A stretch of 64,000 bases of DNA from Actinomycetota bacterium. Its GTDB lineage: Bacteria; Actinomycetota; Actinomycetes; S36-B12; GCA-2699445. The stretch spans positions 85,941-149,940 of the forward strand of contig JAGQTY010000004.1 in NCBI GenBank assembly GCA_020438795.1, given 5' to 3'. Shown here in pieces: positions 45,085-56,104 of the stretch. The position numbers and the translations under genes are program-made. Each line of letters opens with the position of its first letter. The first letter of the stretch is position 1. The notes under the pieces were generated by a model, which was not told where the DNA came from, searched no databases, and saw only the letters and a list, made by a program, of their open reading frames with translations.

Positions 45085-45738
45085 GTGCGACAAAACCACC
45101 AAGATATTGGGACACTACTGGGACATAAGCCACTACATGTTGTGGTTGCAGCAGCGCTGACCACCGCGTTGGCACTGTCGGCTGTACTGGGTCTGGTTCC
45201 GTCCCCTGCCGGTGCAGCTACCGCCAAGGAACGACGTGTCGCGAAACACACCAAGGTCTACGTCCAGGGTGACAGCCTGACCGTGGGCTCCGGCCCCGGC
45301 ATCACCCGTCGTCTGACGCCCTCGGTGCGACGCGTGGCGGTGGACGCGCAGGTGAGCCGCCCGACATCGGTGGGAGTGGCACGCACGCTCAGCTCCGCAG
45401 CGGCGCGAGCCTCCCGTGTGTGGGTCATCGCGCTCGGCACCAACGATGCACCCTCCCCGTCATACATCCGTGCGCAGATCAAGCGGACGCTGAACGCCGG
45501 CGACCGACAGGTCATCTGGGTCACGATCGTGCGCCCCGGAGGCTATGCAAAGGTCAACCGGATGATGCGCCAGCAAGCACGCAAACGGCCACGCCTCCAC
45601 GTGGTGGACTGGGCCCGGGCGGTCCAGCAGAATCGCTCCCTGATCGGCGGCGACGGAGTACACGCGACCAGCTACGGCTACGAGGTACGTGCGGCATTGA
45701 TCGCAGCAGAGGCCCGTTCACTGGCTCAACGAGGCTGA
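45085..45738 (+). CDS. secreted SGNH/GDSL-family hydrolase
   Basis: Signal-like HVVVAAALTTALALSAVLGLVPSPAGA, block I VQGDSLTVG, block III ALGTND, block V GDGVH. The start is uncertain (GTG 45085 or GTG 45139). The 44572-45084 part of the track ORF is antisense to uvrC. Confidence 0.6.
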   Translation: MRQNHQDIGTLLGHKPLHVVVAAALTTALALSAVLGLVPSPAGAATAKERRVAKHTKVYVQGDSLTVGSGPGITRRLTPSVRRVAVDAQVSRPTSVGVARTLSSAAARASRVWVIALGTNDAPSPSYIRAQIKRTLNAGDRQVIWVTIVRPGGYAKVNRMMRQQARKRPRLHVVDWARAVQQNRSLIGGDGVHATSYGYEVRAALIAAEARSLAQRG

Positions 45739-45769
45739 GAGCCGCCGCGACGGAGGTTGCGCAGCCGAA

Positions 45770-46183
45770 TCACACGTCGGAGTAGATCCGGTCACCGTCG
45801 ACACGGATCGCGACCGGATGCAGCGGCAGACTCGCCGGGCCGCTGATCACTTCGCCCGTTCGGGAGTCGAACGTCGACCCGTGACAGGGACAGCGAATCT
45901 CGTCGCGCTCGAACTGGGACACCGGACAGTTCTGGTGAGTGCACAGGGCTCCGAACGCATGGAACTCGCCCTCCACCGGCTGCGTTATCGCCAGCTCACG
46001 TGCTGCGATGAGCACGCCACCGCCCACCGGGACGTCCGCGACCCGCGCGAGCTGGACGGATCGTTCCGGCACTGCCGTGCTGGCGGTGTTCCGGTCGATC
46101 TCCTCGGCGGACCCGCACGCCGCCAGCCCGACCGAAGCACCGGCAGCCAGAATCACGTTCCGGCGAGTCACTCGTGTCATCAA
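45770..46183 (-). CDS. Tat-exported Rieske [2Fe-2S] lipoprotein
   Basis: TRRNVIL twin-arginine motif, LAAC lipobox, CTHQNC...CPCHGS Rieske ligands. 137 aa. Confidence 0.8.
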   Translation of the reverse strand: MMTRVTRRNVILAAGASVGLAACGSAEEIDRNTASTAVPERSVQLARVADVPVGGGVLIAARELAITQPVEGEFHAFGALCTHQNCPVSQFERDEIRCPCHGSTFDSRTGEVISGPASLPLHPVAIRVDGDRIYSDV

Positions 46184-46293
46184 CGCACCCCTTGAGCACC
46201 ACTGTATGTCAGCCGACCGGGCGTCCCGCTCCGGAGATCCGGCGTTTCCGGTGTCGTGGCGCGGACCTGCAGACGCCGATGCTGGGACAGTGC

Positions 46294-49137
<2,844 letters not shown>

Positions 49138-49444
49138 GTTACTCCTCCAGCGGTACTTCTTCCCCGGGATGCTCAGGGCCGATCCCGGGATGTTGTCAGG
49201 CCACGACTGCTCCGGCGCGGCCGGGCCGACCCAGCCAGCACTGCGGCTGGCAGCCACGGTACAGCGGGGCCCCGTCACGATCACGAAGCGGGAAAACCCC
49301 GATACCCCCTGTTGTCAACGCTACACAACGCCGGGTTAGTCCCCGCAATCGAGAATGGTTCAGCAGGGTCGTTGGCGGCCTCGATCGGGGACCCCCGGAG
49401 GGCCGCCCGTCGGTGGGCGGCACAATAGGGGGAGGTGTGAGGAG

Positions 49445-50101
49445 GTGCGCGTGTACAACGGTCACGTTGAGGCGGACGGCGAGACATCCGTCCGGCTCCT
49501 GGACGAGCTCATCATCACCAAATTCAGCGTCGGTGGTCTCGACAACAATGTGTATCTGCTGAGCGACCGGGCCACCGGTGACAGTGTGCTCATCGACGCC
49601 GCCTGTGCGCCGGAGCGAATCCTCGACGTCCTCGACCACTCGCACATCGTGGGCATTGTCACCACGCACGCCCACCCGGACCACTGGCGCGGGCTGGCGG
49701 AGGTGGCTGAGGCCACCGGAGCCCCGACGCTGGCCCATGAGGTCGACGCACCTTCGATCGGGCATCCGACCGATCACGTCCTGCAGGACGGCGATGTGGT
49801 CACCTTCGGCGAATCGCGTCTGACGGTCCGGAACATCCGCGGCCACACTGACGGCTCGATCATCCTCATCTACGACGATCCGGGCGGGCATCCTCACATC
49901 TTCACCGGGGACTGCCTGTTCCCGGGAGGCGTCGGGAAGACCTACAGCGCAGACAGCTTCGGCACGCTGCTCACCGGCGTGATCGAGGGCGTCTTCGACG
50001 TCTTCCCCGACGAGACGTGGATATATCCCGGACATGGCGACGACACCACGCTCGGCGCCGAGCGGCCCCACCTCGAGGAGTGGGCACAGCGGGGCTGGTA
50101 A
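49445..50101 (+). CDS. MBL-fold metallo-hydrolase (glyoxalase II-like)
   Basis: THAHPDHW (HxHxDH) motif. The GTG start is at 49445 or 49451, downstream of GGAGG/GAGGAGG. Confidence 0.85.
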   Translation: MRVYNGHVEADGETSVRLLDELIITKFSVGGLDNNVYLLSDRATGDSVLIDAACAPERILDVLDHSHIVGIVTTHAHPDHWRGLAEVAEATGAPTLAHEVDAPSIGHPTDHVLQDGDVVTFGESRLTVRNIRGHTDGSIILIYDDPGGHPHIFTGDCLFPGGVGKTYSADSFGTLLTGVIEGVFDVFPDETWIYPGHGDDTTLGAERPHLEEWAQRGW

Positions 50102-50367
50102 CTACGCCCTGACCCTCAGGACAAGCTCTGGACGCCTAGGTGTCGCTGGCCATGACGTTGTGCACGCGCCCGGGCCCGGCGGGCGAGCGCTCCTATCGGA
50201 TCGGTGATGGACTGAGTGGGTAGTTGCTAGTCTTTCATTGTCCGTGTGAAAGATGGAGGAGGTGGTACCCGTGAACGTATTGACGTGGGTGCTCCACTCT
50301 GAGGTCACGGTCGGGCGATAGGTCGTCCCGGGAGCGCCATTCACAAGGCACCCCGAAAGGCACGACC

Positions 50368-51120
50368 ATGCACTTCATCTCTGAACGACGCATCAACACC
50401 GTCCTAGAACACAAATTCACCCTCGGCGAGATCGCCGGTATTCTCTGGCTACCTGAATCCACGTCAGAAGCGGAGCCGGTTCCACTGATTCTGGCCGGGC
50501 AGCCGGGTGGTCTTAGCCTGGATCAGACCTATTCTCGGATGTTTGCGCGTGCTGAGCACGCCGCACGTGGCGGTTTCGCAACGGTCACCATCGAACTTCC
50601 CGGAACCGGACATCGACCGTGGCCGGACGGTGTGGACGAAGCGCGCGCCGAGATGTTTGAGGCGGTGCGGGCCGGTCGGCGAGTAGGAAGTGACACCATC
50701 GACCGACTCGTTCTCCCCCTCGTCGACAAGGCTGTACCGGAATGGCAGTCTGCTGTGGACGCCCTCACCGAGCTGCCGGAGATTGGCGATCGAGTCGGCT
50801 GTTCGGGAGGTTTGATCTCCGTCGCGGTTCGTTTGGCCGCGGTCGAGCCTCGCATTTCCGCCGCAGTGTTGTTCGCTGGCAGTTTTGTGCCGTATTCGAT
50901 CGTTGAAGAGGCTCGTAGTGTGACTATCCCGTTGCATGTTCTGCTGCAGTGGGACGATGAGCACAACGACCGGGAAATGGCGTTGGAATTGTTCGATGCC
51001 TTCGGATCGCAGGAGAAGTCGCTGCACGCAAACATGGGTGGTCACACCGGTGTTCCACCACATGCGGCTGATGAAGCAATCCGGTTTCTCAACAGACAGT
51101 TGAGTCCGTTTCATGAATGA
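50368..51120 (+). CDS. alpha/beta hydrolase (dienelactone-hydrolase-like)
   Basis: GCSGG nucleophile elbow, with later WDDEHND and GGHTG as candidate Asp/His. The gene is visibly A/T-richer than its neighbours. Confidence 0.7.
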   Translation: MHFISERRINTVLEHKFTLGEIAGILWLPESTSEAEPVPLILAGQPGGLSLDQTYSRMFARAEHAARGGFATVTIELPGTGHRPWPDGVDEARAEMFEAVRAGRRVGSDTIDRLVLPLVDKAVPEWQSAVDALTELPEIGDRVGCSGGLISVAVRLAAVEPRISAAVLFAGSFVPYSIVEEARSVTIPLHVLLQWDDEHNDREMALELFDAFGSQEKSLHANMGGHTGVPPHAADEAIRFLNRQLSPFHE

Positions 51121-51151
51121 GCCGATGCCCATTGGCAACGGAACGAAACGC

Positions 51152-51695
51152 GTGACGCATGCAACGCTCCGCTGACAGTCGAGGGTCGGGCCCGGCTCGT
51201 CGAGCGCTGCCGGACCCGACCGATAGCCCACGTTGCCCGCGAGATGGGAGTATCGCGGGCAACTGCGTCAAATTGGGTCAATCGCTATCGCCGATTCGGC
51301 GAACTTGGCCTCCGCGATCGCTCATCTGCCCCAAGGCGTCAGCCGACGGCCACGTCGGGCGAGATCGTGGCGCGGATCGAAGCGGCACGCCGCACCCATA
51401 AGTGTGGTCGGCAGCACGGATTGCCTTCGAGCTAGAAAGCGAAGGCGTTCAGGTGAGCCGTCGTACGGTCAGTCGAATATTGGCTGCCCTCCAACTGAAT
51501 CAGCGCAATTCATCGACCCAACCGGTGAGACCAACCGGTCGAGCGCTACAACCGGACCCTTGCCGAGGAGTTTCCCTACGCCAGGACGTGGACTTCAGAG
51601 GATGAGCGACGCCTGGCCCTCGATGTCTGGAACCTGCATTACAACTACCACCGGCCACATGGAGCCCTCCAGGGCCAGGCTCCGGCATCGCTAGC
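51152..51695 (+). mobile_element. IS481-family transposase relic (frameshifted, catalytic core deleted)
   Basis: The reconstructed reading is (V)THA-NAPLTVEGRARLVERCRTRPIAHVAREMGVSRATASNWVNRYRRFGELGLRDRSSAPRRQP...THK|WSAARIAFELESEGVQVSRRTVSRILAALQLN. It is then joined directly to the integrase C-terminus ERYNRTLAEEFPYARTWTSEDERRLALDVWNLHYNYHRPHGALQGQAP. At least two frameshifts are needed (near 51165 and 51400), and the DDE core is absent. Confidence 0.75.
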
Positions 51696-51727
51696 GCCGC
51701 GTCGCGTCGCGTCAAGGCCTCATACAC

Positions 51728-52123
51728 CTAGGCGACGTCGCTCAGCAGTGCGGCCATCCGGTCACGGACCAGCAGCAGGGCACTGAGCGGCCTGATCATC
51801 ACTTTGAAGTCGATGATCCGTCCCTGCTCGTCGAAGCGGATGATGTCCACCCCGTTCACGATCCGGTCATCGACGTCTGCCTCGAACTCCAGCACGGCGT
51901 CGTACTCACCCACCACTTCCCGGACGTATGTGAACCGCGTGGCAGCAAGGACCTGGACAGCTCCGCTCAGGTACAGCTTGGTGAGCTCAGCTCCGAGGAC
52001 CGGACGGAACAGCACCGGTGAATGGAACTCGACGTCAGGTGCCAGGAGGTCGTCCAGCAGCTCCGGGTCGCGAGCCGCCACTACTTCGTGCCAGGCGCTC
52101 AGGCCTGTCTGTGCTGGTGTCAT
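51728..52123 (-). CDS. NTF2-like (SnoaL_2) family protein
   Basis: 131 aa with a typical SnoaL/NTF2 cone pattern (WHEVVAARDPELLDDLLAPDVEFHSP...). Confidence 0.65.
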   Translation of the reverse strand: MTPAQTGLSAWHEVVAARDPELLDDLLAPDVEFHSPVLFRPVLGAELTKLYLSGAVQVLAATRFTYVREVVGEYDAVLEFEADVDDRIVNGVDIIRFDEQGRIIDFKVMIRPLSALLLVRDRMAALLSDVA

Positions 52124-52140
52124 TCCCCCACGGTAGACGA

Positions 52141-52938
52141 TCAGCCGGTACGGACAGCCTCATCGATGATCTGCGCGAACCCCTCGCAGCCCGCACCGTT
52201 GATGTGGACCTGATCGCCATAGAACCAGCCGGGCTGTTCGATTCCGGCATCCGCCCACTCCGCGACCGAGGTGTTCTCATACTGTGCCGCGGCCGCCACG
52301 ATGAGGTCGTTCTGGCTGTCGCGGAACGCATACTGGCTCTTGGGAGGAAGGGCGATCGTCACCCAGGTGACATGCCGGTCCGGTCCCAGGAAATCCATCA
52401 CATCGTGGAACCGGCTCTCGGAGAAGGGACCGTTCGTGCCGAGGTGCACCACCACATTGTGAGGGATGTCGGACGTGGCGCGCATCGCACTGAAGCCCTC
52501 CTCGAACGTCCGGCCGACCTCGGCGACCACGCTGTACCCACGACTGTTCAGGCAGGATTCCGCGCCCAGGGACACGGAATCCCCGAAGACGATCCCGCCT
52601 CCCTGCCGCAACTGCTGCTCACGCTCCTCCTCGCGCTTCGCCTGCTTGGCAGCCAGTCTCGCGGCCCTCTCCCGTGCCCGTTGCCGTTGTGCCCGCGCAA
52701 TGGCTCGGTCTGCCCGGCGCAACGCCTGGCGGGCCGTCAGTCCGGTGAAGGGATCGCGAGCTTCGTGCCGGGGACTGACCTGATACGTGTCCGGCGGCGC
52801 GACAGTGGCACTGGGGCTCGGGCTCGCGGAGGCCGGGGAGGTATCCGGCAACTGGACCGGCTGTTCACCAGTGACGGGCTGGGTGGCACAGGCGGCAGTG
52901 AGCGCGGCTGAGACCGCCAGCACCGCCGTGAGCCTCAT
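52141..52938 (-). CDS. lipoprotein with a C-terminal SGNH-like esterase domain
   Basis: Lipobox LTAAC, a Pro/Ser linker, an Arg/Glu/Ala-rich helical stretch (RAQRQRARERAARLAAKQAKREEEREQQ), then VFGDSVSLG (block I) and HLGTNG (block III). Confidence 0.6.
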   Translation of the reverse strand: MRLTAVLAVSAALTAACATQPVTGEQPVQLPDTSPASASPSPSATVAPPDTYQVSPRHEARDPFTGLTARQALRRADRAIARAQRQRARERAARLAAKQAKREEEREQQLRQGGGIVFGDSVSLGAESCLNSRGYSVVAEVGRTFEEGFSAMRATSDIPHNVVVHLGTNGPFSESRFHDVMDFLGPDRHVTWVTIALPPKSQYAFRDSQNDLIVAAAAQYENTSVAEWADAGIEQPGWFYGDQVHINGAGCEGFAQIIDEAVRTG

Positions 52939-53058
52939 CGGACCTCCCCGACGAACGTAGGGTCAATGCCAGGTGCTGTTGGGCGCTATCCACGGATTGT
53001 CCGAATTCCTCTGCCGTCACAACCGGACCAAGCGAGCAATCCGGACATCGGAAGGCGT

Positions 53059-54120
53059 TCAGTCCTCCTGGTCGGGGTGTTCATCACCCGCGCGCCCGGG
53101 ACGCTCCTCATCCGGCTCGGGACCCATCCGGCTCTGTACCTCCCGCTCATGCACCACCGCCTGCGCCCCGGAGATCAGGCCAGGATTGCGGCGCACCGCA
53201 ATCAGCGACACCACGGTGGTGATCAGGAGGACGACGAGGATGACGATCAGGCTCAGGCCGGTGGAGATCTCGGGAACCTGCAGGCTCGTTGTCGTGTGCA
53301 GCGCATGCAGGATCAGTTTGACCCCGATGAAGCCGAGGATGACGGCCAGTCCGTATGACAGGTACACCAACTTCTCCAGCAGCCCCTTGACCAGGAAGAA
53401 CAACTGGCGCAGTCCCATGAGGGCGAACGCATTGGCGGTGAAGACCAAGTACGCCTCCTGGGTCAGTCCGAAGATCGCCGGTATCGAGTCCAGAGCGAAG
53501 ATCACATCGGTGGTCCCGATCGCGATCATGACCATCAGCATCGGTGTCACAACGCGACGGCCGTCCACCCGGGTGACCAACTTGGAGCCGTCATAGTGCT
53601 CGGTCGTCGGCAGGAACCGGCCGGCGAGCTTCACCATCGGGTTGTCGGCGGGATCGGCCCCGCCCTCGTCACCTTTGGCCAGCCTGAATGCCGTGTAGAT
53701 CAGCAGCGCTCCGAAGAAGTAGAACGTGACGGAGAAGGCACTGAGCGCAGCCGCCCCGATGGCGATCAGGATGCCGCGCAGGATCAAGGCGATGACCACT
53801 CCCACGAGCAGGACGCGGTGCTGGTGTTCGCGTGGAACCGCGAAGGCGGACATGATGATGATGAAGACGAACAGGTTGTCGACGCTCAGCGAGTACTCGG
53901 TGATGTAGCCGGCGAAGAACTGAGTCGAGTACGTGGCTCCCCAGACGAAGTGGATGCCGATGCCGAAGGCGATCGCCAGCGCGACGTAGAAGATCACCCA
54001 TCGGGTGGCCTCCTTGGGCCCGAACGCGTGTGGATGCGCATCGACCAGCAGCAGGTCCAGCAGGATCACGCCGGTCAGGCCCGCCAGCGTCGCGATCCAG
54101 ACCCAGAACGAAACGTCCAT
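53059..54120 (-). CDS. TerC-family integral membrane protein
   Basis: 353 aa, about 9 TM helices, with the conserved EYSLSVDNLFVF and the repeated ALDSIPAIF TerC motifs. Acidic C-terminal tail. Confidence 0.9.
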   Translation of the reverse strand: MDVSFWVWIATLAGLTGVILLDLLLVDAHPHAFGPKEATRWVIFYVALAIAFGIGIHFVWGATYSTQFFAGYITEYSLSVDNLFVFIIIMSAFAVPREHQHRVLLVGVVIALILRGILIAIGAAALSAFSVTFYFFGALLIYTAFRLAKGDEGGADPADNPMVKLAGRFLPTTEHYDGSKLVTRVDGRRVVTPMLMVMIAIGTTDVIFALDSIPAIFGLTQEAYLVFTANAFALMGLRQLFFLVKGLLEKLVYLSYGLAVILGFIGVKLILHALHTTTSLQVPEISTGLSLIVILVVLLITTVVSLIAVRRNPGLISGAQAVVHEREVQSRMGPEPDEERPGRAGDEHPDQED

Positions 54121-54186
54121 CAGTGTCCCACTCGGACCAGGACCGCAGCGATCAGCGGTACCGGAGAAAGGGAGTCAGGGATCGGA

Positions 54187-54573
<387 letters not shown>

Positions 54574-54721
54574 TCAGGCCCCGGCGAAGGGCACGCTGGT
54601 TCACTGCCCGACGGCTGAATCATGCTGGGAGCTCCGGTGAATTCTTGGCCGGAATCGGACATCCGAGCGTCCACCGAGTACTGGCAGACACTAGCCTCTC
54701 GCGCATGAGAGGGAGTCCACC

Positions 54722-55555
54722 GTGAGTCCGCTGCTGTCCCTGGTGTTCGCCGTGACCGCAGCGGTGTTCGCGGGACTGCTGGTTTTCCTGGTGGTCCGTC
54801 GAGCCTCGGCGAGCAGGATCAAGCCCGGGGAATCGCTGCCCGTGGGGGTCGGGGAAGTCTTCACCGTCATCGGGATGGCCTACGTCATCCTGCTGGGCTT
54901 CGTCTCGGTGGAGGCGTTCGAGAGCTTCCAGCGGGCGCGTACCAGTGCGCGGGCCGAGGCCCACGCGGTCGCCGAGGGCTATATGGTGGCGGGCCTGCTG
55001 CCGAGGAGTCATCGCGATGGGGTGCAACGGGACATCATGTGTTACGCCCAGGCGGTGACCAGCAGCTGGGACGGGCTGGAGGAACGGCTCGCTGCGGGCG
55101 AGGTCGACCCGGACGTCGAGGCCGCGCAGTTGCGGATCCAGCGGTCACTGGACAGGGTTCCGGTCGAGGGTGAGAAGGCCAACGTCGCCTACGAATACAC
55201 CGTGATCGCGCATGAGGAGCGCATGCGGGAACGGGCCGCGCGGCTGACGGAGGGGTCGGTGTTCGTACCCCATTCGCTGTGGATCCTGCTCTGGATCGGC
55301 GCTGCCATCATCATGACGTTCGTCATCTTCTTCACACTCTTCCAACGACGACGATGGCTGCAGGTGAGCCTCATCACGCTCACCATCGTCATGTTCGCCG
55401 TGATGTTCGGCAGCATCAATCTGCTGGATCACCCGTTCTCAAACAGTCCGGGTGCCGTCAGTGCGCGGGCGATGGACAGCGCCCTGGCCCGCATGGAACT
55501 GCTGGAGGGCGCCAAGGTGAGTGAATCGGAGTGCGATGAACGTGCTCTGGAGTAG
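54722..55555 (+). CDS. DUF4239 (bestrophin-like) membrane protein
   Basis: 277 aa with an N-terminal TM helix, VIGMAYVILLGFVSVEAFESF and two C-terminal TM helices, the pattern I associate with DUF4239. GTG start. Confidence 0.6.
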   Translation: MSPLLSLVFAVTAAVFAGLLVFLVVRRASASRIKPGESLPVGVGEVFTVIGMAYVILLGFVSVEAFESFQRARTSARAEAHAVAEGYMVAGLLPRSHRDGVQRDIMCYAQAVTSSWDGLEERLAAGEVDPDVEAAQLRIQRSLDRVPVEGEKANVAYEYTVIAHEERMRERAARLTEGSVFVPHSLWILLWIGAAIIMTFVIFFTLFQRRRWLQVSLITLTIVMFAVMFGSINLLDHPFSNSPGAVSARAMDSALARMELLEGAKVSESECDERALE

Positions 55556-55564
55556 TGGCGTGGC

Positions 55565-55984
55565 TCAGACCAGCGCAGCATCCAGAGCGATGGGCGTGGC
55601 AGCCAGCGCCTTGGACACCGGGCACCCAGTCTTCGCCTCCCCAGCGATGCGCGCGAACTCCTCGTCGCTGATGCCGGGCACGTCGGCCCGGCACGTCAGC
55701 ACGATCTCGGCGATCGCCGCACCATCGGCTCCGACCTCGAGGGACACACTTGCGGTGGTACTGACCTGCTTCGGTGTGTGACCAGCCTGCGCCAGCATGT
55801 TGGACAGTGCCATGGAGAAGCACCCCGCATGGGCGGCACCGAGCAGTTCCTCCGGGTTGGTGCCCTCGCCCGACTCAAATCGCGAGGCGAAAGTGTAGGG
55901 ACCGTCGTAGTCGGCGAACTGCATGCTCCCCCGACCGGACTTCAGATCGCCCCGCCATTCGGCGGTGGCCTTACGCTGCGGCAC
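55565..55984 (-). CDS. osmC: OsmC-family peroxiredoxin
   Basis: Aligns along its length with E. coli OsmC (AHAGCFSMAL, AKTGCPVS cysteines). GTG 55984 has GGGAGG 4 nt upstream. Confidence 0.85.
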   Translation of the reverse strand: MPQRKATAEWRGDLKSGRGSMQFADYDGPYTFASRFESGEGTNPEELLGAAHAGCFSMALSNMLAQAGHTPKQVSTTASVSLEVGADGAAIAEIVLTCRADVPGISDEEFARIAGEAKTGCPVSKALAATPIALDAALV

Positions 55985-56104
55985 AATGCCTCCCAAGGTG
56001 AGCCAGAAGACAACTCTAACGAACGGGAGCGTGCAACGGCGGTCGTGCCAGTCGAGGACACCCCAACGCCGGAACGCGAGAACACAGGAACCAACCTGCC
56101 GGTC

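Noticed and set aside
49138-49444. Looked for LexA (GAAC-N4-GTTC) or RecA-independent (TTGTCRGTG-N8-TAnnnT) DNA-damage promoters near uvrA, and likewise at uvrB (58313-58414) and uvrC (44980-45084)
   Set aside because: No GAAC-N4-GTTC site is present. Two TTGTCA-containing stretches lie in the uvrA/MBL spacer, but they are on the wrong strand for uvrA and lack a correctly spaced TAnnnT.
50245-50254. TGTGAAAGAT resembles the TGTGAAGAT-type terminus I associate with IS481 ends, suggesting a possible left end of a larger element that includes the hydrolase
   Set aside because: No matching inverted copy is found after the transposase relic (51696-51727). The similarity is too short to support an element boundary.
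54121-54186. Looked for a yybP-ykoY (Mn) riboswitch upstream of terC
   Set aside because: The spacer is only 66 nt and contains none of the conserved riboswitch core sequence I know. I also found no candidate in the glnB leader.
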